From Sphyrna mokarran (Eukaryota): DNA of 64,000 nt. A program made the position numbers and the translations under genes. The number at the start of each line of letters is the position of its first letter. Position 1 is the stretch's first letter. The stretch is taken from the NCBI GenBank assembly GCA_024679065.1, contig JAGIQG010000008.1, positions 96,844,001 through 96,908,000 of the forward strand, in the 5' to 3' direction. Below the pieces are notes generated by a model. The model was not told where the DNA came from. It did no database searches and saw only the letters and a list, made by a program, of their open reading frames with translations. This document shows positions 1-11,700 of the stretch, piece after piece.

Positions 1-617
1 GGGGATAGAATATAAAAGTAGGGACGTCTTGCGGAAACTGTACAGGGTACTGGTGAGGCCACAACTGGAGTAATGTGTGCAGTTTTGGTCGCTGCATTTG
101 CAGAAGGATATATTGGCCTTGGAGGGAGTGCAGACAAGGTTCACTAGGCTGATATCGGAAATGAGGGGGTTAGCCTATGAGGAGAGATTGAACAGACAGG
201 GTCTGTACTTGTTGGATTTTAGAAGGGGGGATCTTATAGAGACAGATAAGATTCTGAAGGGGTTAAACTGTGTAGAGATAGAGAGATTCTTCCTGCTTAG
301 AAAGGATAGCAGAACTAGAGGGCACAGCCTCAAAATAAGGGGGGAGGGGAGCAGTTTAGATCAGAGTTGAGGAGGAATTTCTTCACTCAAAGGGTGTGAG
401 TCTCTGGAATTTTCTGGCCATTGAAGTGGTGGAGGCTACCTCGCTGAATATATTGAAGTCATGGTTAGATAGGTTTCTAATAGACAAGGGAATTAAGGGT
501 TATGGGGAGAAAGCGGGAAAGTGGAACTGATCCACTTCAGATCAGCCATGATCTTGTTGAATGGTGGGGCAGGCTCGAAGGGCTAGATGGCTTACTCCTG
601 CTCCTGTTTCTTATGTT
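1..617 (+). mobile_element. CR1 LINE, 3' end (RT C-terminus and 3' UTR)
   Basis: ORF 77-370 has CR1 RT C-terminal motifs (QFWS..LEGVQxRFTRLI..YEERL..RGDLIE..RTRGHSLK); the tail ends ...cctgctcctgtttcttatgttc. Confidence 0.95.
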
Positions 618-629
618 CACAACAAAGTA

Positions 630-1360
630 TTAGGCCGATCTGTCAACGCTGCAATCCCACAATGCTGGCTATGTGACACCATCCCCTAGCCCCGGCAGCC
701 TCAATCTCCCACCCTCCCCATCCCCCCTCTCCCGTTTTTGTCCTCAGTAGCCCCATAGCCACCCCTACCTCCATCCCCGCAGTACCTAACACTACTGCCT
801 CCCTCAGCACTGCCAACCACTCAGCAGGCTGCTCCCATCCCAATGACTGGCCTTCCTCTCTCCCCCCACCAATCCTGGCTGCAAAATTGCAGCATGATCC
901 CCTGCCTTCAATAGGCCCTACCCGTAGGCACTGCCCTATGTCTGGTGGGCAGTAACAATGTGCCTTCTGGGCATTGGCACTTTCCCCCTTGGGCAGTGTC
1001 ATCGGGTCCGGACTGGGACTGTTAAGGTGCCAATGTCCGGGGGGATCCTCTTGGTTCCCAAACATTCTGAGGCCTTAACGCCTCCCCCCCACTTCACTCC
1101 AGCTGGATCAGGCCACTAGCTCTCCATTGGTGGGGGCTATCATGGTCCCTCTTGGAGTGAAATATTCTGGTCCTGGAGATTTCAGTCCTGGGCCTGCGAA
1201 TTGCATGCAAGTTACATTAAAATTAGAGCTGCATAAATTATTCAGTTCCACGCCTATTTCCAGCACGAAGCTAATGGCATCAGAAATCCAGCACTGGGAG
1301 ACGCTCTCAAGACCAGATGCCATTTGGGGATGGTGTCACATAGCGTGGATTGCACTATTT
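630..1360. mobile_element. Decayed non-autonomous DNA transposon (probably Harbinger-related)
   Basis: GC-rich segment with ggcactgccc/gggcagtg motifs also present at ~34900-34990; no coding signal. Confidence 0.4.
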
Positions 1361-1389
1361 GACTGCCACTTCAATCTCCTGGACCATTG

Positions 1390-1950
1390 CGCTGAGAATC
1401 CGTGTTATCTTTCAATATTGATAAATTGCATTATCATTACTGTTTCTGCACTTTTACACAATGTGCACAATGTCCTTTAGATTGTTTATAGATTTTTGTG
1501 CATTAATGAAGGATCACAGGCTCCCTACACAAAAGACAAAAGCATTACTGAAAAAAGAAAGTCAGGTGCCATTCTGTGTAACTGCATCATCACATGACAT
1601 CACTTATTAACCACACCATCAGCTTCTGGTTGCACAACACACATGTCCATCACTCACCCAACAGCACTTCCGGACACTGAGGACATATATCGTACGTCAA
1701 GATACTTCTCAACTTTCACTCACACACTATCAATGAAGCTACTACCCTGTTACCCATTTTTTTGTGCTCTCCAGAGCTCCAGCTATTCACCTGTGGCAGA
1801 CATGGCACCCAAGCATATTATTACACAATTACTACTGTTCTTCACTCATTATTGCAGGGCAAAAGCATAGAGTTGGGAGACACAAGGATATTTACACCGC
1901 CTGAGCTGTGGAGAGATGACGGTTCTCTGCATCATGCAGTATTGTAGCAA
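1390..1950 (-). pseudogene. TLR7/8-like remnant (TM/TIR region), heavily decayed
   Basis: Minus strand 1591-1569 reads D-A-V-T-(frameshift)-E-W, like TLR7 DPAVTEW; AQKSINNLKDIV resembles TLR8 LMQSINQSKKTV; shares the ctatcaatgaagc block with 43328. Confidence 0.5.
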
Positions 1951-2009
1951 CAGGAGGTCTATCTGCAGACGAACCGTCTTTTGTATTTGGAACAGGTCAA
2001 GAATTGAAT

Positions 2010-2790
2010 GAAATGCTGGAGTTAATGGGAATCAAGGGGAAGTCTCTTAACTGTTTGGAATAATACCTGGGGCAAAGGAAGATGGTTGTGGTGAATGGAG
2101 ATCAATCATCTCAGCTGCAGAACTTTACTGCAGGAGGTAGTGTCCTAGACCCAACTATCTTCAGCTGCTTCATAGATGACCTTCTTCTATCACAAGGTCA
2201 GAAATGAGATGATCACAGATGATTGCACAATGTTCAGCCCCATTCGTAACTTCACAGATTCTGAAGCACTTCATGTCGAAATGCAGCAAGGCGTGGATAA
2301 TATTCAAGCATGGGCTAAGTGGCAAGTAACATTTGTGCCACATAAATGCCAGGCAATGACTATCTCCAATAAGAGATTGGAATCCCCCACTATTGAGAGC
2401 TTGGGGATTACCATTGACCAGAAACTGAACTGGATTAGCCATACTGAAGCCCCCAGACCAAGTCAAAGACTAGAAATCCTGTGATGAGTAACTCACCTCC
2501 TGACTCCCCCACAATCTATCCAGGCAAAAGTTAAGAGTATGCTGGAGTACTGTACACTTTTTGGATAAATGCAGCTCCAACAATACTGAAGAAGCTGAAA
2601 ATCATCCAGGACAAAGCAGCTCATTTGACTGACATCCATTCTACAAACATTCACTTCGTCCAACACTGACTTGCAGTGACAGCCTTTTTTTACCATCTAC
2701 AAGGCTCACTGCAGGAATTCACCAAGGCTCCTGAGACAGCACTTTCCAAACTCTTAGTCAGCACCTTCCAGAATGACAAGGAAAATAGGC
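2010..2790 (+). mobile_element. LINE (CR1/L2 group) RT fragment
   Basis: ORF 2176-2484 (ITDDCTMF..QAWAKWQVTFVPHKCQAMTI..LGITIDQKLNW) is a degenerate non-LTR RT. Confidence 0.8.
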
Positions 2791-2799
2791 ACATTGAAT

Positions 2800-3990
2800 T
2801 CAATGCTGGGGCACCAACTTTTTATAATTGATATAAATGATTTGCATGAAGAGATCAAAAGTATTGTTGCTAAGTTTGCTAATGATGCAGATATAAGTAA
2901 GAAAGTAAGTTGGGAAGAGGATATAAGAAGGCTTCAAAAAGATGTAGATAAGTTAGATGTGTTGGCAACAATCAGATAAATGGAGGGGAACGTGGGAAAA
3001 TGTGCAATTGTCTATTTTTGATGGAAAAGTAACAAGAAAGCACATTATTCAAATGTTAAGAGATTGCAAAGCTGTGGGATGCAGAGGGATCAGGGTGCAT
3101 GAATTAGTGCAAAAGATTAGAAATTAGATACAACAAGTAATCAGGAAAGTGAATAGAACATTATTTCCTACTGCAAGTGGGTAGGTGAGAATTTGGAGTT
3201 GACTTAAAATCAGATCAGTCACGAACTTACTGAATGTTGGAGTAGGCTAGAAGGGCTGAGTGGCCCTCAGTGAAGAGAAAAGTAAAGTGTGCAAAGTTAT
3301 AATTTATTTATTCAATGGCTGTGGCAACATTGACTCATCATACATTTAGTGGTATTAAAAGCTTAATGACATATTTATATGAATTACAAAAAGTTGAGGC
3401 ACCAGTGACAGTGAGGAGTAGAAGAGGAGGGATGTGGGGGCTCTATATTTTCATCCCAGTGAACTCCACATCCCTTGCATGCACTACCCAGTCCCCCGCT
3501 TCCTCTTGTGCTTGAATTAGTGCAAAAAGCTAGAAATTTGGTGCAACAAATAATCAAGAAAGCTAATAGAATGTTATTGCTTATTGTGCATGGGTGGTGG
3601 GAATTTGGAGTTGTGTTTACAGTAAGATCATTCATAAACTTACCGAATGTTGGAGCACGCTTAAGGGGCTCAGTGGTCCTCAATGAAAAAAAGAATCAGT
3701 TGTGTAAACTTATCATTTATTCACTCATGGGCTGAGGCAACCTGTGGCAACATTGACTCATCATACATTGATTGGCATCTTTAATTGCTTTGAGGTGGTG
3801 AGAATGATCCTTCAAAAGCACTGCAGTCTGTGAAATGAAGGTACATTCACATTTTCCTACTTATCTCTGCATCATCAGAAAACTTAATGACAAATTTATA
3901 CGAATTATAAAAAGTTGAGGCAACAGCATTGGGGAGGGTGGGAGGGGTGCGTTCTAGGTCTTCATCACAGTGATGGGAAGTCAATGGCAA
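2800..3990 (+). repeat. Decayed CR1 fragment followed by a local duplication (~3100-3480 vs ~3513-3990)
   Basis: KFANDADI RT remnant; blocks gaattagtgcaaaa and tgtggcaacattgactcatcatacatt each occur twice. Confidence 0.7.
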
Positions 3991-4089
3991 ATATTTCGAA
4001 ATCAGCATTGTGGAAATCTTGGAGCAGCAGTTCCTGTGGTGATGTTCCCATGTACTTGCTGTCCTAATTTTTTTAAATGGTCACTATTG

Positions 4090-4690
4090 CATGTTTAACA
4101 GCAATTGAGAATGAATTAAAAATAATCTGATTGTTCATTATTGTTTCCATCAATTCAGTTTGTAATTCGTATCTAAACAGAAACAGGGTAGAAAGAAAAA
4201 GCAATGAACAGTTCATGCTGTCTGTGAGCAAAAGTGTTGCATAAAAATTAGGATGCTTAATGAAGTACTTATCTGAGAAATAGGGTTACCTATTTATGGA
4301 TCAAAAGCACTGAGCTCAATTTAATTCACGTCTATTATTTATATATTTCTAAACAATTACCACTGTACTTTCTACTCATTTGTGCTAATGGTTTACACTC
4401 TCATATAATCTCAAGTTCAACTAGAATTGACAGATGCCCTGTCAAACACTCCAAACAATACTCCAAGTGAAATGGGAGAACAACAGAATCAAGATGAAGG
4501 AAAAAACAATTCAGATATTGTAGCTGGCTTGATGTTCCAGTCCAGAATATCTGTCCAGCAAATGTCTTGACTGAAACTATGTATTTGATGGAAAATTCAA
4601 CACACAGTCATCATCAGATTTGTAAAGATGAAGCTGCTTTTCTTAAGTATAGAAATTGATTGAATTTTCTGATTTGAATACTACTTTATT
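4090..4690 (-). pseudogene. TLR7/8-like LRR remnant (old, divergent paralog of the array unit)
   Basis: Nucleotide similarity to the array unit (cactgtactttctactc, tcttgactgaaac) and to 43740-43930. Confidence 0.6.
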
Positions 4691-4694
4691 TATT

Positions 4695-4937
4695 GAAGAC
4701 CATGAAACCATTGTCAATTGTCGGAAAAACCCATCTGGTTCGCTAAGTCCTTTAGGCAAGTCTGCCGTCATTATCTAATCTGGCCTACATGTGACTCCAG
4801 AGCCACAGCAATGTGGTTGACTTTCAACTGCCCTCTGAAATGGCTTAGCAAGCCATTCAGTTCAAGAGCAACAAGGAATGGGCAATAAATGCTGGCCTGC
4901 CAATGACACCCATATCCCATGAATGAATAAAAAAAAT
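4695..4937 (+). mobile_element. SacSINE1/DeuSINE-type SINE, 3' part
   Basis: gaccatgaaaccattgtcaattg..cccatctggttc..ggcctacatgtgactccag..gcaatgtggttgact..atcccatgaatgaataaaaaaa; same family as 48415-48730. Confidence 0.75.
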
Positions 4938-4949
4938 TAGTTTGACTCC

Positions 4950-7245
4950 TACCTGAGGTCTGCATTCACAATGACACCTGGGCTCATGTCTGTGTAGTTG
5001 GGGTAAGGGATCAATGAACCCCCATAAAGGACCCTGGGGTGGGGGAGGAAAGGGTGAGGAAACTCATGGGTCCTGAGAACCAGTGGCTTTTCTCAGTGAC
5101 AAAGCATTGAGATACCTTCCCAATTGACATCAACATGAGGGATCCCTCCAGCGACCATCAAGGATACAGGATCCTTGTCTGAGGCAAATCTGAGAAAAAT
5201 TAGTCACAGGTGGGTGGTGAAAAAGCATTTTTATTGATTACAATAAAAATAATAAGTTGTAACATAAAAACGTGTGAACAGAAACATTAAGGTGCTTCAA
5301 AATTTACCTAAAAGTGCAGCCCCTCACCCATGCTATCTTAGTGTAACTACAATTTCTTAACCTTATGTGGTCTACCACTACATCTTGATGTCTGCCCAGA
5401 ATGTACATTGGCGATGGAGGATGTTAACTGCCTACCATGTCTCATGGTTTGTGATGCATGTGGAGGGCGTCTTCTGGAGGGCCTAGATCTTGAGTGACCT
5501 GGCCGGCTTCCAGATGTCATCCCATTGCCTGTGAGATGCCCTGGTGTCAGGTAGGGGGGAATCAGAAGGTATAGCCACATCACAGTCTCCTGGCTGGAAA
5601 GCCTTGGCATGGACTTGAGCTCTTCTTCTGCTTTTGAGGTTCCTGTGGATTCCTGGTCACTCCATGGGACGGCAGTGCTTCTGCAGTGAGCTCCAGAAAC
5701 TTCAACAGCAGCTGGCCCTGCTAGTCCTGAAGTATCAGCTGCATCCTATCCATGTAGTCGAGCCTTCTGCGATCCCCACTTGAGTCAGGGATCACCTCTC
5801 AATAGCAATAGCAAGTGCCCTTGGTGAATGGACCACACTCTGCAGCCCCTCAGCCATGTGATGGGGCCAAGTTTTGTAGGGCTGCTGTGTTAGCCTGCTA
5901 TGTCTCAGGGCTGTTTCTTTGGGCCTCATGCAAGGTCTCGAGCCTCTCAGCCACCGGCACAAAACCTAGAGAAGCCTGTTGAGTCCCTCAAACCGTGGCC
6001 CACTGTGTCTCAACAATATCCTTCTGGGACTCCACTGTGACCTACTGTGACTCTGGCCATCACTCATGGTGAGGATCTCCTATGCCACTCATGGTGAGGA
6101 TCTCCTATTTTCCACTGCAGACACCATCTTGCAGTGTTGACCTGGGAATCACATAAGACAGGCAATATCTGTTCTGTCTGAAAGATTTGGGACTCCCCCC
6201 AACAGTCTCAGTTGGTCCAGTGTGGCCATCAGCCCCATCTGCATTCCTTGGCTCTGTTGCTGTATCTCCAGCAGCTGAGGGAGAAGTGATTTCAAAGGCC
6301 CACAGGATGCATGGGGTAGAGGATCTGGGGGTGATTTGAGAGAAGGTGCTAGATGGGATTCAGCACTCACTCTTGTTATCAGGATGAGATCATTGACGCT
6401 TTTGCAGGACTGCTTCTCTGTTCTGGGGGGCGGGTGCCAGGGCACTAACCAAAGTGGCAGCTACCTCCCACACTGCTGTGGCATCACACTGGAGGGGTGG
6501 TCCAAGCTCGCCTCTGCAGCATCCAGCAACCTGCTGAGGCCATCCTCTGTGAACCTGGGCACTGGCCTCTTGGATATTTTTGTCTGTACTGCCTGCCTGC
6601 CTGTCCATCCCTGGGTTTTTTTTTGGAGCTGCTGCTTGTTAGCTGCAGGTAGTTTGAGAGAGCATTCCAGCAAGTTAAATGCATTTTGCTTGTTAGAATT
6701 GTGGGGAAGGCAAGTGAGCACTTGCAAGTGCGCTGATGGGGTTTGGGGGATCTGTGCCTCTGTCACGATTGGGGGCAGGGGAGGGAGAGGGAAGTGTCAT
6801 ACAGCTATCAAAGTCAGGGAGAGATGAGGACCACGTGCAGGTGAGCCTGGGATGGGGGGTGTAGGGGCACTGCTACCACACTGCCTGTAATCAGTGAAAG
6901 GGATGGGCGCAATTGGTTTGGGTGGCTGGGGGGGTGGGGATAAAAAGATCAGTAGCATGGGGGGGAGGGCAATGTTTGTCAGAGCCAGAGGAGGCATTGT
7001 TTGGTGCGGGAGGAATGCGACAGGGTAACATCATTCTTTTTCGCATGCTTGGTTGGAGGCTCCGATCGGAGTGGCAGGGATTTGGGTGTGTTAAGCCTTG
7101 CCTACAGATTTCTGTAGTGAGAATCAGACTTATGGATAATTTTGCAGGCAGAGGACATATGGGGGAGGCAAAAAATGGCAAATCTTAAACTTCCCTAGTT
7201 TCAAGTCCATCCAGCACTTCGACAAAAAATGGTAAAATAGTGGCC
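4950..7245 (-). mobile_element. PIF/Harbinger transposon remnant carrying the Myb/SANT-like accessory gene
   Basis: ORF 6461-6766 KRPVPRFTEDGLSRLLDAAEA; ORF 6149-6445 (QLLEIQQQSQGM..ATLDQL) is paralogous to 39943-40377; terminus ccagcactt..tggtaaaata like 43241. Confidence 0.75.
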
Positions 7246-7254
7246 GAAGTTCTG

Positions 7255-7430
7255 AGACCAAATGACCCTTTGTCGAAACTGAAGACAATGCAAAGTAGGA
7301 TGCAGCAAAAACACAGCGGCTGCTGAAGATGGGAGAAATCGACAAAAATGTCACAGACACACAAACAAAGAGAATGTAAATGGCGGTGATCATGGCGAAG
7401 AAGGGTACTGATGGCCAAGAAGGAGAGGTT
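7255..7430. mobile_element. Penelope-like element fragment (its end is retained in the array units)
   Basis: gaccctttgtc..ctgaagacaatg..ggagaaatcgacaaa; longer copies at 24160-24480 and 28625-28900 begin with tgctggaaaatctc..gcatctgtggagagag. Confidence 0.55.
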
Positions 7431-8765
7431 GACTATGTTGGTATTTCGGTACATCTGCTGCCATTGTTGTTATGGATCTCAGTATTTGCAAACTTGGAAG
7501 CTACCCTTGAAGAAGTTGCATGTGACCAAATTATCCAATGTATAATTTATTGATGGTGTGAAGTGCAGAAGAGTATCCCAGTTAGTAATACCTAAACTTT
7601 TCATCAGGTCAATAGAATTCCTTCAAAGTTGGGACCCTTAACAAACTAATGGGTGCAACAGATGGTGGACACAATAAATGTGATGAAATGATTTATGTTT
7701 CATTGAAAGACATGGAAAAATTGTTTCTCACTTAGATATTGATCTGAAAATTGTGGCTTCAATATTCTTTGACACGTTAGCTAAGTCATTTAGAAATGTT
7801 GTCTGCCAGCCAGAAGGAAATGGATGCTTACCTCCTCACTAACCCTCACTGATAGTGCGCCCAAATTGAACATATATGGAGCATGTCTGACTCGCATGGA
7901 TTTTGGATGAACCAACATGGTGGTAAAGGGGGAAGTGCCAGTAAAGTTGGATGTGCAGCCCTTTAAATCAATTTAAATGCATGAAAATTTCATGCGCTAT
8001 TCAAAACCTTGATAAAGAGGGAATTGGTGCAGAGGCTGGCACAGATCACGCTACTGTCTCATGCCTAACTTCACCAAGTTTTCTCACCTGAAAACAGGCA
8101 CAATATGATTGTTTTCTGCCAAACAGAAGGAAATGGTATGATGTACTAGTCCAGGATATTGAGTAAATATCTTGACTGAAACCTAGTACATTTTTGTGAT
8201 GGAATGATGCAGTTACAGTCATCCTCATATCTGCATTGGATGAAACTCCTTTTTTCAAAAACAGAGACTGATTTCCATTTACAAGTAGAATGCTCATTGA
8301 TGTGTCCTGACATTGAAGTACCTTTCCTTCACAATGTTTATGCTCCACAAAAATATTTTGCTCATTATTTCCAGGGCAAATTTTATAACAAAATTGTGCA
8401 ATTTTACAGATAATATTTGAAACAAATTGTCTGAGCTATATTGAGGGATAGCAGTTAATACTGACTATGAGATAATAACAGAATGCACAATGATTAGGAT
8501 CCTTCATGTAGCACTCACCTAAGAAACAGGAATACATAACCACTAATAAAGAAGCAAGGATGTCAACTAAATTGATGTGCGAAAATTGCATATTAACCAA
8601 AAGCCTTATCACTGCACTTTCTACTCTTTAACACAGTGAGAGTCTACATTATCATTGAATGTTGTGCTTACGTAGAGCCAAAGAGAAGAACCAAATGAAC
8701 CAAACAATACTGTTGAGAAAGCTACACAGGATCAGAATTAAGTACCAAAGGATCAGGAAAATAAA
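7430..8765 (-). pseudogene. TLR7/8-like ectodomain remnant (C-terminal LRRs), interrupted by a Harbinger end fragment at ~7830-8090
   Basis: Minus-strand KNVLGFSQDIYSIS ~ TLR7 KNLLKLEELDISKNS; LVNGNQ ~ EFRGNH; HTINK ~ TLR8 KTINK; LPSLQILR/IHNN LRR motif. Confidence 0.75.
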
Positions 8766-11700
8766 TATTTGCATTTTAGCCAAAAGCCTTATCACTGTAC
8801 TTTCTACACTCAAACCAATGAGTTTACATTCTCATGTCTTTTGGTGTTCATGTAGACTCACAGGGAAGATCTTCAAATGAACACAACAATACTGTTCACA
8901 AAGGTCAACAGGATCAGAATCAAATACAAAAGTATCAGGAAAATAAAGGTGGGTTCAATGAAGAAATATCAAATATACAAAAATTTTATTCATTCGTTGT
9001 CTGAGGAAGAATGTATAACATTGCGTTCAATTTATATTTGTATTGATGTGATAAGATAGGTTCGAATTACATTTGTAGTTTTTTTCTGAGTATGGTCCTG
9101 CGGAGACTGGAGGCATTATTTGTATTTTGAAGAAGATAGAGGTAGTTTAACTGATCTATATTTGTACCGTTATGTTTTAGAAATGAGGCGTAGTTTTAAG
9201 TAGGTTTAATTAAGCCTTGCTGTACAGGGAAGTAAGGGCACCAGGTGGATTCGTTTAAGGCAAAGTATTTTGCATCTAAGTACAGACAGAAAAAATAGGG
9301 AATGTAATTGATGATGATTTTAGGTATGAAGAGAGCTGATAGCCAAGAAGGGGATGTTGATCATGTTGGGTGTTTTGGTGCACCTGTTTGCTTTGTTGTT
9401 ATGCATATCAGTAGTTGTGAACTTAGAAGCTGCCCTTGAAGAAGTATTCGCCCAAATCATCCAAAGTGATAGTTATCGATGGTGTGGAATAAAGGAGATT
9501 ATTTCAGTTAGCAAGAGTCTAAATTGCCTAATGAGGTCACCGGAATTTCTTCAAAGATGTTGACAAAGAATTGGGAGCAATTGATGGTGGACGAAGTAAA
9601 TGTGACGAAATGCATTCCATACTATTGAAAGAGGGGGAAAGTATTGTTTATGACTGAGGCATTGGTGGAAAAATTGTGTTTTCAAGTATTTGTGCACACA
9701 TGAGCTAAGTCATTTAGAAATGTTGTCAGCCAACCAGAAGCAAATGTGTTGATGTTCTAATCCAGGATATTGAGTAAATATCTTGACTGAAAGCCAGTGC
9801 ATTTCTGTCTTGCAAGGGTACAGTTACAGTCGTCATCATTTTTGCACTGGAGAAAGTGTTTGTTTTCAAAAACAGAGACTGATTTCCATTTGCAATTCGT
9901 ACACCCCGTTGTGTTCCTGACATTGAAGTACCTTTCATTCACAATGTTTATGGTCGAAAAAAACATTGTGCTCATGAATTCCAAGGCAAATTATATAACA
10001 AAGTTGTGTAATTTTGCAAATAATATTCAAAACAAATTGTTTGAAGTATTTTGAGGAATAGCAGTTAAGGTGAGAAAATACCAAAATGCATAATGCTTAG
10101 GATCCGTAATGTAGCACTTACCTAAGAAATTGGAATAGCTAACCATTGATAAAGAAGCAAGGAGGTCAACAAAACTCATGTGCAATGTTTTCATTTTAGC
10201 CAACAGCCTTATCACTGTACTTTCTACTCCCAAGCCAATGAGTTTACATTCTCATGTCTTTTGGTATTCATGTAGATTCAAAGGGAGTATCTTCAAATGA
10301 ACAAAACAATACTGCTGAGAAAACTCAACAGGATCAGAAGGAAATACCAAAAGATCAGGAAAATAAAGGTGGGTTCAATGAAGAAATATCAAAGGTACAA
10401 AAATTCATTCATTCATTGTCTGAGGGAGAATGTATAACCTTGAGTTCAATTTATATTTGTATAGATGTGTTAAGATAGGTTCTAACTACATTTGTAGTTT
10501 TTTTCTGAGCACAGTGCTCAGAGTCTGGAGGCATTATTTGTATTTTGATGAAGATGGAGATAGTTTAATTGATCTATATTTGTACTGTTATGTATTAGAA
10601 ATGAGGCATAGTTTTAAGTAGGTTTAATTAAATCGTGCTGTGCAGGGACGTTAGGGCTGATAAGTGGATTCATAAAAGGCGAGGAATTTTGTATCTAACT
10701 ACATTCAGGAAAATGTAGGGAATGTAATTGATGATGATTATGGGTATGTACAGAGCTGGCAGCTAAGAAGGGGAGGTTTTTCATGTTGGTGTTTTGGTGC
10801 ACCTGCTTGCCTTGTTGTTATGGATATCAGTAGTTCTGAACCTGGAAGATGCACTTGAAGAAGTATTCGCCCAAATCATCGAAAGTGTTAATTATCGATG
10901 GTGTGGAATGTCGGAGAGTATTCCAGTTAGCAAGAGCCTAAATTGCCTAATGATGTCACCAGAATTTCTTCAAAGTTGTTGACAAAGAATTGGGAGCAAT
11001 TGATGGTGGACAAAATAAATGAGACGAAATGCATTACACACTATTAGAAGAGGGGGAAAAAATTGTTTGTCACTGAGGCATTGATTGAAAAATTGGGTCT
11101 TCAACTATTCATCGACACATAAGATAAGTCATTCAGTACTGTTGTCTGCCAACCAGAAGGAAATGCATTGATATACTAATCCAGACTATTGAGTAAATAC
11201 CTTGACTGAAACCTGATACATTTTTGTGCTAGAATGATACAGTTGCAGTCATCCTTATTTTTGCAATGAGGAAAGTGGGATTTTTTGAAGAACAGAAACT
11301 GATTTCCATTTCCAGTTAGAGTGCCCCTTTGCGTATCCTGACATTGAAGTACCTTTCGTTCACAATGTTGATCATTCAGGGAAATATTGTGCTCATGAAT
11401 TCCAGGGCAAATTATATAACAAAGTTGTGTAATTTTGCAAACAATATTCGAAACAAATTATTTGAAGTATTTTCAGAAATAGCAGTTAAGGTGAGAAGAT
11501 ACCAAAATGCGTAATGCTTAGGATCCTTAATGTAGCACTTACCTAAGAAATTGGAATAGCTAACCATTGATAAAGAAACAAGGAGGTGAACTAAACTCAT
11601 GTGCAATGTTTTCATTGTAGTCAACAGCCTTATCACTGTACTTTCTACTCCCAAGCCAATGAGTTTACATTCTCATGTTTTTTGGTGTTCATGTAGACTC

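Noticed and set aside
6059-6110. Short tandem duplications (also 51115-51175)
   Set aside because: Local slippage inside transposon remnants; no further structure
9440-9500. Plus-strand KVLIIDGVE-like frame in the array units as a NACHT/Walker B motif
   Set aside because: It is the antisense of the TLR 'TINK' LRR; no Walker A or other NTPase motifs
10100-10135. Perfect minus-strand donor AG|GTAAGT in most array units
   Set aside because: Absent from older copies (~4270, ~38755) and no matching acceptor or exon frame was found
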